Both the position numbers and the translations under genes were made by a program. The notes under the pieces are model-generated. The model worked only from the letters and a program-made list of their open reading frames with translations. It ran no database searches and was not told where the DNA came from. DNA of 63,363 nucleotides, filler included, from Olpidium bornovanus S191 (taxonomy: Eukaryota > Fungi > Olpidiomycota), in NCBI GenBank assembly GCA_017911155.1. It is 21 parts of 21 records of this genome, joined end to end, with 100 filler letters (N's around TTAATTAATTAA, not from the genome) between each part and the next. Parts side by side here need not be neighbours in the genome. Positions count along the whole stretch, not along the records: positions 33,523 to 36,326 come from JAEFCI010006079.1; positions 36,427 to 37,732 come from JAEFCI010013209.1; positions 37,833 to 44,293 come from JAEFCI010001698.1; positions 44,394 to 46,744 come from JAEFCI010011465.1; positions 46,845 to 49,598 come from JAEFCI010006821.1; 16 more parts are not named here. The stretch is one strand, 5' to 3'. Positions 35,435-47,680 of the stretch are shown here, one piece after another (position 1 is the stretch's first letter; the number at the start of each line of letters is the position of its first letter).

Positions 35435-35548
35435 GGAGAGAAATTCGGATCAAAATCAGAATCCATTTTGGAGAGAAATCCGGACCAAAATCAGAATCCA
35501 TTTTGGAGAAAAATTCGAACAAAAATCAGAATTTATTTTGGAGAGAAA
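35435..35548. repeat. 35-bp minisatellite, about 3.3 copies
   Basis: GGAGAGAAATTCGGATCAAAATCAGAATCCATTTT units start at 35435, 35470, 35505 and 35540. Confidence 0.92.
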
Positions 35549-36918
35549 CAGTGGTGACAATTTCCCCAAAATGGTATGTATGGTGAAGATTTACTGCCAA
35601 CCGGTGAAGACCAAAATGGTATTCCAGGAGGCCGAAATGCTCTAGACTACAGTGGCGACAGTTTTCCCCCCAAAAATGTCTTGTCAATCAGCCCGCTGTG
35701 CCCATTCCCAAAGCGCAGAGAAGCAAAAAGCCGGAGAAAGAAAGTCGCTAAAACCACCCCAAAAATCGCCGAGCGTACCCAAAAACGCGGGTTCAAGGTC
35801 GGCCTCCATGTTTAAACAGTGCTATAAGGAGATACCGTGGCGTGCCGCGGCGTGTTGTTCCAGGCAGTTGGTGCGGTTTTGGGCAGTTGGCCTGCGTGGC
35901 TTGTGTCAGGCTGTAGGACCTGGGAACTGGCCGCTGGTTCGGCGAATATTTCTGGGAGAAACTCTGAGGGCGTCGCTACTGCGTTGATGGTTAGAGCACC
36001 ATGCTGGCGGCTCCACCACGCACACTAGTTCTGGATCTTGGTCTGAATAAGTCACGTGATTAATCAAAACACCAGCGCACCGGGAGGCCAAAAGTGTGTC
36101 TAGTGGTCTGAGCCCCCGATGATGCCACGTGATTCGCGGAGCGGCACACCCTGTGCAGCCGCTGATCTTGGTGCAGTGCAGGAAGAATGACGTCACGTGA
36201 CAGTGGAAACACTTGTGTGGCCAAGGCGCCTTGGCGAAGCCTGTTACGTTCAGCTCAACGTTCTCTCGTGTATTTGCTATGGTTGACGGTTACAGCAGGG
36301 AGGTGCCGGGCGGTCAAAAAGAAAAANNNNNNNNNNNNNNNNNNNNNNNNNNNNNNNNNNNNNNNNNNNNTTAATTAATTAANNNNNNNNNNNNNNNNNN
36401 NNNNNNNNNNNNNNNNNNNNNNNNNNCATGGCCCTGTACGCAGGCGAGGAAAACGAGCGGAGGAGGTGGCGGTGGGTGGAGATCGGCGGCGGCAGCAGGC
36501 CCGGGGCCTTGGTTGGGAAGGGCAGGCGAGGGGAAGGGAAAGGGGGGTTTGCGGGGGAAGCGGGGGGGCGGCGATTTTGACGGCTTCGCGTGCCTCCGGC
36601 GGCTCACCCTTGCCCGCGCCGCCGGCTTGTCCGTCTCCGAGGAAACTGCTGAGCATGGTCCTGCATGACGCGATCGCCACCATCCTACTACGAACGCCCA
36701 GGTTTGCCTTGGTCAGCAGTCGCCGCCGCCGCCCGGCCGTGCTCCCTCTTTTCCCTCACGCGTCGTCTCTGCAGGAGGGCCGCTCTCGGTCGGCCGCCGC
36801 CCTCCTCGGCCGCTGCCGCGCTCACTGGAGGTCCCTCCGCGGCCGCGCTGTTCCGGACGCCGGCCGTTGCTCGGAGTCGACGTTGTCGCCCGGCGATCAA
36901 CGACGCGCGCCGAACGCG

Positions 36919-37732
36919 ATGGAAGAAAGCGCGCCTCCGCCGGGCGGCGGCGGCGGCGGGCCCGAACGGGCCGCCGACGCGGCGGAGACGTCCTCCGCCG
37001 AATGCGCGGCGTGCGGCCGCTGCGTCGGCGCCCCCGCGCCGCCGGGGCGGTCAGGCAGTTGCCGGGAAGCGAACCCGCCGGCCGCGGCGGGCTCGGCCGG
37101 GAGAGCCTCCGCGGGCCCTGCGGAACTCCCGCAGCCGGCTCGGCCGGCTGACGCGAGCGGCGGGGCGGCTAATGTTCGAAAGGAGAGCGCTGTTGACGCG
37201 GGGAAGTCCGTCCCGTTCGTTTTCCAGACTCCCCCGGAGGCCGAGAGGCCCAGGAAGCGATTCGACCCCACCAGGCTCGAGAACGGGGCAGAGCCGAACG
37301 GCAAACGGCTCCGCGACGACGGTCTGCGCGACGTTGAAGATCTCGGCCGACGGCCACAGAGATGGGTCCCCGGGCCGCGATCGCCGGATGCGTCCGCCGG
37401 GCGGAACAACGACGGCAAAAACCGGGGGGCCCACCGAGGCGAAGATCGTCCCTTCCGCCGACCAAGTTATCTCATGGTGAGCGATGTCACCGCTCTGAAC
37501 TGGTGCGAACAGCGGAAGTACTTTGAGCGGACGTCGTCAGTGCCGCCTCGCACGACCGTTGCAATGGACACCGGCGCGAGGCTGCACCGTTCGCTGGAGT
37601 CAAAGGTTTACACTCTGATTAAGGTGTCGCCGAAGTCCAAGGAGGACATCAGGGGCCTCAAGATCTGGAATTCAGCGACGGCGCTGTCGTCCGCGCTTGA
37701 CACCGGAATGGCCCGCGAGGTCTGGGTCATGG
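36919..37732 (+). CDS. EXO5: Exonuclease V (Exo5/Dem1), 3' partial
   Basis: MVSDV..LNWCEQRKYF...TVAMDTGARLHRSLE...SKED...GMAREVWV matches the Exo5 N-terminal motifs. The start codon is tentative. Confidence 0.85.
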
Positions 37733-40700
37733 NNNNNNNNNNNNNNNNNNNNNNNNNNNNNNNNNNNNNNNNNNNNTTAATTAATTAANNNNNNNNNNNN
37801 NNNNNNNNNNNNNNNNNNNNNNNNNNNNNNNNCCCCACCGCTTGCTGCGTCATCTCCGCCTGCCCGTTTACGTTGATTCCACCAGCGACGCTGCAAATGA
37901 CCGGGCGGCTCCGCCCGGCCTCCCGGCCTGCGTATATATGATATGCACATCCCGTCAACGAAAAATTGGCTCTCGATCCGCAATATGAAACGCCCCAGCA
38001 CGTGTTCCGGGATCGCCGACAAGCGAATGAGGCGTCCATATTTTCGCGTTGCCTTTTGGAAAAAGTAACATGCAAAAAAAATGGACCGACACATTTTTTT
38101 CACGCGTGGCTCCGGCCCCCGTCGATTTCGCAGGGGCGCGGGATGTTAGCCGCGAAACGCGTGGAACCATGTGCGGGCGGAAAATTAGGCTCTTCCACTC
38201 CCCAAGTGAGCGCGGTCCAAGGAAGAGGGGAGGGGAGGGGAAGCGCGGTGCGGGGGCGCGGGAGTTTAAATTTCCGGCGGCGCCAACGTGGCGCTCCGCG
38301 GGAGCGAACGTGCTCGGCCTCGGTCGCAGGGCGCACGTGTGCCCACCCCGTAATATAATCCCGCCGCGACGGTGACGTCACCCGACCCTACTATCCAGCC
38401 CTCTCTGCCCACGCGCCGCGCCCCGCCCTTGCCCGCTCCAACGGGAACCCTGCGGGCAGCGACTCCGGAAGAACATGTTTTGGAGTGATCGAACGTTCTC
38501 TAACGGGTGCCCTGCGGGCAGCGACTACGGCGGAACGGGTCACAAAGTGATCAAAGGTCCCCTCGCCCCACCTTCCCCTCTCTGCCAAATAAAGCCGTGC
38601 GTCGTAGGAACAAATTCTCTCGCAGTTACAGCAGCCAGGTATGCTGAATCAGGGCCCCAGCCGTGCCAGGCCGGGGTTGCCAGGCCGGCGATTCGCTTTT
38701 TGCTCATCACCTCGTCCGTCAACTGGATGTCATTCAGGCTGAGAAATTGAGGGCCGGGCCGTTGGGGATGGCTGTGGGGCAGCAGCTGCGCTTCTCCGTT
38801 TTCTTTGTTCGTTTTTTTTTCTGGCCAGGGCCGAGGGCGTGACCGGCACTTATGGCAGTAGTTTCTGCTGCCCGCATACGCCTTCGTCTTCATCTCCACC
38901 TTTTCGGGTGGAGTTTCCAAAAATCCACAAGGTGAAAACATTACAAAACACGAAAACAGCACATCCGGCTACGGTCCGGCCGACTTGCGCTTAGCGGTCT
39001 TTGTAATCACGGGCAACGCGCCATGCGACGTTTCGCTGTGCGGAGGACTGCTTCTTCCTGATCGTAAACTTCGAGTTCGTCCGGCGCTGCATTGCAAATC
39101 GATTCAGCTTCTTTCACGCAGGGCCTGCTTGCCGTGCGCGCGACAAACGCAGCGTCGCTTAAGGAAGAACGCGCCCGTGTTCGCGTCGAGTTTTTCTTTG
39201 TTCGCGGCCTGAGGCCGAAACGCTGGCCTCCGGTTCCACGTTTGAATTATTTTTTCCATTGTAGTGGCGGCAACTGGGGGAAAACGCTGTGAGAACGCAA
39301 AAAACGAAAAGAGAGAGTCATTTGAAGGTTTGCTATGCCTTCCGGGCAGCTGCCGCTGCTGGCGCTACAAAGCTTTTCGTCTTTGGTTCTTGGCTACGTA
39401 CGACCTCTTGTTCCCGCAAAAAAAGACGGCGGGCCAGCCTGCAAACTTGGTTGCGCAGCTGCTGACTCAACCTTTTTTTTGGAAGGAGCGTGCGCAATGT
39501 ACAGTCGCCGCGTCTAATAATGTTGCTCGCCTGCTCGACCGGCGGGGGTCGTAAATTTACCGCGCGTCATTTTGACCCTCGGAACTCTGCCCGACGGGCA
39601 CTGTCCAAACGGGCCTCGTGGACCGCCGAGCCTCTTCCCTACTTTTACCACGGCCGGAAAGCGCCCGAGCACGCCCTTCCCCCGGTCCTCTCGCTGTCAG
39701 CGGCCCGGCGCAGCTATTTCTCCCCCCGCCCTCGCTGACGGAATATAAACCGCTCCGCCAAATCCGTCTGACTTTTTTTGTGAACGCTTTGCAGGATTCT
39801 CAATCCCAGCGTGATTCCCTGTCGCGGAGGTGCGGTTCTAGCCGTAACTTTATACCTTCCGTACGCCAGCCCGTTTGCAAGCCGGTGTCAAGCACCCCGC
39901 CGCGGCCTCCAGGCACCCCGTCGGGACTATCGGGATAGACATCCAGGTCAGCCCCGGCGTGACCTGTTCGACGGCGCGACGCTGCGCGTTGCTTCAAAAC
40001 CGATTCAGTCCAAAGAGTCTATTTTTGTAACAGTGTAGAATGACCTAATATGAGATGCACGGCGCCGACTGCGGGAGGTTGGGGGGGGGGGGGTGCGCGG
40101 GGGGAACGCGAACTGCGAAACGGGAGGATGGGGGAGGGGGGCTGGAAAACGGTGGCGTTTTTTTAGCGTGGTAAAAAAAACGTCGTTAGTGGAAATTTTT
40201 CCGAGGAACCTCCCGGTTTGGGGGTGGGTGTTTCGGCCGAGATCCCGTTGACTGTTCATTCCTGATGATCGAGATAACGCCGCAGAGCCGTTCTTATGCA
40301 CAGCACAGAATCAGAAATAGTTGGCCTGTCCGGAGGAGCCTTACCCAGAAGCCTTATTGGCTTTGTGATTGCGCGGCCGTCGACGGCTTTTGGGGGGTCG
40401 GTCGCCAAAAGGGCGAGCCCGTTGCGGCGGTCGTTGATGCAGAGACCGCCAAAAGCGTCAAAACCGCTCTGCAAAAGCAACAGAGTGTGTCAAATCTGGC
40501 GCGGAATAAAAAAAACTTTTTGTGCGCGATCCGCGTCTTGGCCGCCGGTGAAGACCGGAGGCGGCGCCAGCGCGCTGTTCACTTGCCAGGTTCGACCTGT
40601 TCCTTTTCTGGCGCGGATATGCAGCTACCATTTGGTGCGCGAGGGGAATGGGAGGGGGTGCGCGGGACGGACGACAAGTTGTATGTGGAGTACTTAAAGT

Positions 40701-42252
40701 CACGGGGTCTCACGCGTTTTTTTTTCGACGCGAGGGACGCCTGAGGAACCCCACCCGCACAGCGTGCGGCGATTATTTCGGAGCGAAGGCATTTCGAACG
40801 TCGCGTACAAAGCGGACGCTGACCACGGGCACCTTTTGACGTCGTTTTGCGTTGTGTCGGAGACAGGGCGCGAGCAAAGGGAAAAAGGGGAAACAAGAAT
40901 GCGACATCTCAGGTGGGCGAGGGGGGAGAGGGGTGAGGCGGGCGAAAGCGCGCCCACCATTTGTGTCCAGGACCCGCTTCCCCCTTCCTCCTCTCTCTCA
41001 CACACACATACACACACACACACACACACAGCGAGAAAGAGACGCCGGACGTACTGGTTTCTGGGCACGCGAAACTAGCTGGGAGTAACGGGAGTCGCGA
41101 CAGCGGCGGCATCGCGGTCAATGACGGCCGCGGGTCCCTTTGACAACTTGGTTGTATTTAAACCGAAAATATGCCAGGTAAGCATAGCGGGGAACGGGGC
41201 GGTTACACGACAGGCAGGGGCGCCTCATTATGGCGCTTTTGTGGTGGCGGGAGGGTGTGCGTCAGGGGTACCTGTGCGCGACGCCGTGCGATGTAAACGT
41301 AGAAAAAAACGGGTGAAGTTGCCGCGTCCTCCTCCCCTCGCTTCTTTCCCCCCTTCCCCCCCCCCCCACCCCCCAAACAACCACGGACGGGGCGAGTACC
41401 TTTTCTCCTGTGGTAATGCTTGGAAAACCGGCGGAAAATGGGGCTGACAAAGAGGATGGCTCGGATAATCGATGTTTATTTATATATTCCCATTATTTTG
41501 CTCTGTGTCCTCTCCCGACTTACATTTTGCGGAGCACTTGTCGGCGCGGCGGAAAGGGGCCCCGGAGGTGGAGAAGGGGGGGCGGATGGGCAGGGGGAAG
41601 GGAGGGCGAAAAGGTGAAAAGCTTTTTTTTTTCCGGCGGTTTTCTATTTTGCCGTCCGTGCCCTGCGGCGTTCGTCCGCGCGGCCTGGGGTGAGGCCTTC
41701 CGCCGCCCCCCTCAACTTCCTTTTCTCTCTGCCGCGCACCGCTCTTCCGCTCGCCGCATCCCGACTTGGCTTTTCATTTCTGGTCTTCTCGAGCGGGGAA
41801 CAACCATAAACACGGGCCGCGCCGCGGCGCGCAATCCTTACAACAAACCGCGCGCGTTATCGCTGCGCGCCGCGTCACCGGGCGCCCTTTGCCGGCTCAA
41901 ATGCCGACGCGCGCGGTGTTGAAGCCGCTTGGCCCCGTGCCGCACGACGTCTCCCGCCCTCGATCAGCCCGGCAGCTGCTGGGCTCGCCGCGGCCCTCAC
42001 CCCCCGCTCTCTTTTGGTTCGCGCGGCGTCGCGATGACGTAACCGCGTCGTTCTCTCTCTCTCCGTCGAGGCGTCGCCACGCAGCAGCCCTTTCCCTGAC
42101 GCCTCCTGTCCTTCAAAAAAAGAAAGAAAAAAAAGGAAAACGAGAGCCGACGGCCCGCCAACCGCGTCCCGTCCCCCGTCCCGCATTTTCGGTTGGATGA
42201 GAGTCGGAGGTCCGTCCCTCGCCAGCAACTCTCCCCGCGCCAAAAGGGAAAT

Positions 42253-43908
42253 ATGGCCGAGTTTGTCGACGGAGTCGTCTTCAAGGTCGTGAACACGCTG
42301 GTCCCCGAGCCGCTGCTCGCCCCGTTTCGCAGGCATCCGGCCGCGCAAGCGGAGGGGGCGCGAGGCGACTACGCGAAGCCGCGCGAAGTTGTGTACACGC
42401 CGCGGGCGGTCGGCCCCTCCGAGCCCAAAGGTGCCGGCGCCGCCGTCGCCTCCGTTGCCGGAAGGACGGTCGGCGGGGCGGCGGCGGATGAGGGGGCGCT
42501 GAACGCGCGGTCCGAGCGGCAAGACCAGTTGGCCCGGGAGTGTCAAGAGATCCAGCGCCACCTTCGCCAGCTTGTCAAGGAGACCGAAGCGAAGCGCCAG
42601 GATACCGATCGGCTCGTGGAAAAGGTTGGCCACGAGTCGAAAGAGGCCCGGCGCGAGGTGCAGGGTCTGGCTTCCAACGTCGCCGAGGTCACCAGGGACA
42701 TCCGGAAGCTGGAGACGGCACTGCAGCAGCTGGCGCAGGAGGCGCGCGCCGAGGCGAACCGCAGGGCCGCCGCGCAGCAGCGGCTGCAGGAGCGGGAACG
42801 CGAGAAGGAAGAAGAAGCTGCGCGGGCCCGGGTAAGGGCGGCGCGCCTTGCAGAGGCCCCCCTCCCGCGCGCGCCGGGCGGGGCGGGCGAAGGAGGGGCA
42901 CGAGCGGAAGACTCGACCGCGCCGGAAGTCCGCGCTCGCGACCTCGGCGAGCCGTACGCGCGCGTGAGCGCCGCGGAAGCAGCGGCGGAACACCCAGACA
43001 GAGCGCCCCCCGCGCGCGCAAACGGCCCGCCGATCTCCGCGCCCCCCGAGGCCGAGCAGCGCGACCTCCGCCCTGCTCCCGCTGCGGCGCAAGAAGCGCT
43101 CGGTCGTCCCGCCGAGGCTCGGGGGGCGACTGAAAAATACGCCGGGGCGAGGGAGGGCGCCCCTTCCGTCTGGGACAAAGACTGGGCCGCAGCCTGCGTG
43201 ACCGCCGGCGGAGCTCCGTCGGACCGGGAGCTCGGGTGGGAAAGCCGCGCGGCGAAAGCCCATGCGGACGAAGAGTGGCCGGAGCAGCGGCCCGGATCGG
43301 GCAAAGAAGGGGCCACTCCGGCCGCGAAGCTTGTTCCCGCCGGACGCGAGGAGAGGCTCGACTACGAGCGCAACGGAAGGCCGGAAGGTAATGTCAATCG
43401 GCCTCTTTCTCCCGCGCGCGCGGGCGCACGCCCGCGGACGATTCCCGCAACCTCCACGACGGGTCCGCTCAATTCGGACGACATGTCCTTTTTAGGCTTG
43501 TTGATTAAGGAGGGCCGCGGCATTTCGGCTGAGGAACATGAGCGAGAAATCGCGGACTACGGACAGCAGGTCAACAACATACTTTCTGAATTCAAAAAAT
43601 ACCGCGAGAACGTCAGGACGGGGGAACGCTTGTCCGAACACGTGCTCGACAGTGTGGTCAAGTGCATTCGTCGCCTGTCTGGGGTGTCTGATCGCGTCGA
43701 CGAGCGAGACCTGTCGGACCGCACGTACGAGCGCGGCTCGTCAGACCGCGCCTACGAGCGAGGCCTGTCTGGACGCGCTTACGGGCATCGCCTGTCGGGC
43801 CGCGCCAACAAGCGCGGCCTCAGCGCCGAAAGTTACCACCGTCGTCACCGCAGCCGTCGTCATCCTGAACCGACTTATCCCGGCCCCGTCACGGTGCTTA
43901 GCGGGTGA
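42253..43908 (+). CDS. Hypothetical coiled-coil protein with C-terminal 9-aa repeats; possible in-frame intron 43388-43495
   Basis: Single open frame of more than 1.6 kb; heptad-rich segment LARECQEIQRHLRQL...LETALQQL. No family recognised. Confidence 0.65.
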   Translation: MAEFVDGVVFKVVNTLVPEPLLAPFRRHPAAQAEGARGDYAKPREVVYTPRAVGPSEPKGAGAAVASVAGRTVGGAAADEGALNARSERQDQLARECQEIQRHLRQLVKETEAKRQDTDRLVEKVGHESKEARREVQGLASNVAEVTRDIRKLETALQQLAQEARAEANRRAAAQQRLQEREREKEEEAARARVRAARLAEAPLPRAPGGAGEGGARAEDSTAPEVRARDLGEPYARVSAAEAAAEHPDRAPPARANGPPISAPPEAEQRDLRPAPAAAQEALGRPAEARGATEKYAGAREGAPSVWDKDWAAACVTAGGAPSDRELGWESRAAKAHADEEWPEQRPGSGKEGATPAAKLVPAGREERLDYERNGRPEGNVNRPLSPARAGARPRTIPATSTTGPLNSDDMSFLGLLIKEGRGISAEEHEREIADYGQQVNNILSEFKKYRENVRTGERLSEHVLDSVVKCIRRLSGVSDRVDERDLSDRTYERGSSDRAYERGLSGRAYGHRLSGRANKRGLSAESYHRRHRSRRHPEPTYPGPVTVLSG

Positions 43909-44393
43909 TCCAAGTTTTGCTTTTGCATTTTTCCCCGCGTAAAATTTTTTTTCTTCTTCAAACAGAAATGTCGCGCGCGCTCGAGGCTTCCTTTTTTTTG
44001 CTTTTTTGCTTTTCTCATTCAGTCCGTCCGCTTGACCCGCAAAGTGGTGAATTTTACTACCGCAACGGACAAAGGTTTTTTTGTTTGCTTCCTTACAAGG
44101 GCTAAGTCCGACCGTTTGTAAACACGGCAGAGCGGATTAAGCAAACATAGCGCGCAACATAGCAAACGGATCTCGCGGAGGCCAACTTAGGATCTTTTGC
44201 AAGCTGTATTGACACAATTTGCAACCTGTACTGACAATTCGCCGGGGAGTACATCAATTGGGTTGATGTAATTTTGATTGATAGGACGCATGCNNNNNNN
44301 NNNNNNNNNNNNNNNNNNNNNNNNNNNNNNNNNNNNNTTAATTAATTAANNNNNNNNNNNNNNNNNNNNNNNNNNNNNNNNNNNNNNNNNNNN

Positions 44394-45492
44394 GCATGAT
44401 CTAACGTGCGGTTCACGACGCTCGCGAACATCGTGAGCGGCATTTCCCCGGCACAGAAGCCGGACCGACCCTCGGCGGCAAATCGACGCGCAATCGGGTT
44501 TCCATTTTCGGGGCCCGTTTCAGGACATACCCGTTTCGCCGCTTCGGTCTTTCCCGCCCCCGACTCGCCGGAAATGATAACGCATTGGTGCTCTTTGTAC
44601 GCGTTCATCTTGTAATACGCCGACTCGGCTACCGCGAACACGTGCGGTGGCATCTGCGAAGCCAGCCGGGACAACCGTGGTCGCGTCAGGGCGGACAGCC
44701 GGCCAACCGTCTGCGGTAGGCTGGTCCTAGGTTCCTTCCGTCGGGAGCCGGGCAAGAGCGCTTGCCGTCATAACCCCACCTCAATACGGTTCTTGCCGAC
44801 ATAAGTCTTTAACAGCTCTTCGGTGTAAATGCCCAAATCTCTGAAGGGATTCAGGCTGATAAGCACGTGCCCGATGTACGTCTGCATATTGTGCAAACGC
44901 ATGTGCAATTGGCCGTGTCAGCAGAACGATCGGCTTTGCCGACGATCAATCTAAAGTTACAGGTATGCCACGGATCACGAAAAGCACTTGCGTAGATCTC
45001 CCTGTTTTCAAACCTCTTTTTGAGGTTTTCCATGATGGCCTCGTTGTTGACCTTGCTGAGCAAGGTCATATCAACGACTGGAGAAAAGTCCGGCAAGTGG
45101 TTGAGAACGAGCGTCCAAAAAAAAAAAAAAAAAAAAAAACTAGGGAGTCGGGTAGCGAATCCCGTCCACAGAAGAATGCGGTTTTGCGTGAAGAAAACCC
45201 ACGCCACGGTACCCACCGCCCGCGGTCTTGCTCTTGCCAACATTTTCGGACCAGTCCGCTTTTTTAATGGGCTGGCGGAAAGAACGACCGGAGCAAGCAG
45301 GGTCAGCGGCCCGCGCAACGGCGATCTGAGATCACATTCCGCCGTCACGCTGCTTCGGACATCCCCGCGGCGTCTCCGCGGCCACCGGCGTGTTCCCCCT
45401 CTCTCGCAGAATGCCGTCGACCGGGAAGAGACACCGTTTGAGGGTCTTGTTCCACGCAAGAAGAGGGCGCCTCGCGGGCCGCTCACCGGCAT
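44394..45492 (-). CDS. MYO1: Class I myosin, N-terminal part of the motor domain (multi-exon, 3' partial)
   Basis: [62 protein letters not shown]...[18 protein letters not shown]. The start (ATGCCG|GTGAGC) is tentative. Confidence 0.93.
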
Positions 45493-45628
45493 CGCTCGCG
45501 TCCGTCCCGACGTCAAGGCCGCAGCGGGTTTTCTTTCGTCCGCCCGGCAGCAGGCGACTCGGGGGAAGTGGGGCCTCCTTTCGCTTTTCCCAGTTCCGTC
45601 CTTTCGTTTCGTCTTGGTTCTTTGTTCG

Positions 45629-45665
<37 letters not shown>

Positions 45666-46668
45666 TCCGTTCTTCTTTTTCTCTTTTTTTCCGCCGCCGC
45701 CTCCTTTTGTTTGGCCCCGCACTCTCTGTCGGTCGGTCACTCCGGCCCCGGTTGAACTTCCCCACAAACACGCACGCCGCGGCATATGCCTTCGCCACCG
45801 AAGGCATGTTTGGCGGACCCCAGAGAGTCTTAGACAGGTGGGGGAGCGTCATCCGCAAGGCGCTCCCCTCTTCCGCACCGGCCGCAATCACGGGAACCAC
45901 GCCGCCGACAAAACTTGGCCGAGCTGTACCAGAGCGTACGCTCTCGCCGGCACATCAAAGGCAGGTAATGAATGATTCCTTGCTGCAAAATGATGACGAC
46001 TGCGACGTGCTTGCCGTCGTCTGCAGCCGTAAAAAAAAAAACGTTTCTTTACAGGGAAGCTGAAACAGGGCGACCGTCCGGTAGCTGCGGTGAACCCGCC
46101 GCATACTGCTGCCCCCGGGCTGCGTCATATGGCCCTCCGTGTGTTTCAGCAGGGGGGGGCACGCACGCCGGTAGCACCTTGGGCCGGCCCTGCAGCCTGA
46201 GTAGGCTGGTCTTTGCTGGCTGGCATCGTGATGATGCAGTGGGATAAAGTCCGTCAGGTGCGCTCGCTCCCAGAAACGGGGGGGGGGGGGGGTTCCAGGA
46301 CGCGGCAACCCGCAACAACGTCGGAGGAAAGCCAAACCGAAATGTAGTTATAGAGAGATGCGCGGAAGAGGGGGTGTGTACGTCCCGCACCTCTCGCGTT
46401 GACTCTCTCGGAACGCACAGGAGGAGAGGAGGAGCCAGCCACCCGGCGCGGCTTCAACACGTGCGGCGCATCGGGGCAGGACGGGCCGACCAATTAAATT
46501 GGCTTCGGCACAAAACAAAAAAAAAAAAAAAAAAAAAAAAAAAACCAAAAACCCGCCCCCCCCCCAAAAAAAAAAAAATAACAGAGAGATTAAAAGGTTT
46601 CCCCCACCACCCCTTCTTCCTCTCTCTCTTTCTCTCCCTTTTTCCGCGGTGTTTGTGCGGCGAAACCT

Positions 46669-46744
<76 letters not shown>

Positions 46745-46989
46745 NNNNNNNNNNNNNNNNNNNNNNNNNNNNNNNNNNNNNNNNNNNNTTAATTAATTAA
46801 NNNNNNNNNNNNNNNNNNNNNNNNNNNNNNNNNNNNNNNNNNNNCAGCTGGACGGGGAATAACCTGGGGAATACCCGATACCGCACAAAAAAAGGACTGT
46901 GGCACCAATGCTTTCGTGAATACTTGGTACGCAACGCACATCAGAAATGATCAGATCAGTCCATGCTTATTGATTAAAGCGGATAAAAA

Positions 46990-47680
46990 ATGCATTGCGA
47001 TTATTGCCGGCACACGCTGATGTTGGTCATGGGAATCTGATCAATGAAAGCAGAATCCATCCTCGAGCGAGAATTCGAGATGACAAAACTCGGGACGCCC
47101 AGCGTTTCCGCCTGGGTTTTCAAATTGGGCACTTGCCCGGCGGCGTCTCCGTCCATCAAAACAGACCTGCACGAGGCGTGTCATTCAAACGGTTCCCACA
47201 TGGACAAAGCTGACCCCTACCCATCGCCAACCGTAGTGCGAACACTAAGTGCCTGACAAGGACATCTTTTAACCTTACGAGGAGGAGATTCCGCTACATG
47301 CAGGTGTCCCGTACCTCGCCTCAGGCGGCGCCCTTACGTACTTGGCGGCATGCGCACCAGGCCCGACACCAACCCTACGAGGAGGAGATTCCGCTACTTG
47401 CAGGTGTCCCGTATCTCGCTACAGGCGGCGCCCTTACGTACTTGGCGGCACGCGCACCAGGCCCTACACCGCGTTTTGCGGCCAACCTCTTGGCTTGGGC
47501 ACAGCTCTCGTCCAACACAGCGGCGTCCGGAAAAGCGTCAAGCGTGTCACGCGCCATTCTGCGTGGCACCGATGATACCGGGCCCTCTGGGCCTCTTTTC
47601 ACAGGGGACCCAACCGTAGTCAGATATGCGGACGCGGGATACCTGCCGGACCCCCAAGTCGCAAATCCGGTTGTGTCTTC
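46990..47680 (+). mobile_element. Ty1/copia RT to RNase H remnant, heavily degraded
   Basis: EFEMTKLG, VPYLATGGALTYLA...FAANLLA, YADAGYL.DP. Confidence 0.8.
47271..47470. repeat. 100-bp head-to-tail duplication inside the copia RT
   Basis: Units start at 47271 and 47371 and differ by several substitutions. Confidence 0.92.

Noticed and set aside
44250-44270. Perfect hairpin TACATCAA-TTGGG-TTGATGTA as a Helitron 3' end
   Set aside because: No CTRR terminus follows at the expected distance.
45990-46045. ATGATGA...CTGA as a second C/D snoRNA
   Set aside because: No recognisable rRNA-complementary guide, and the putative D box falls beyond a likely 3' splice site.
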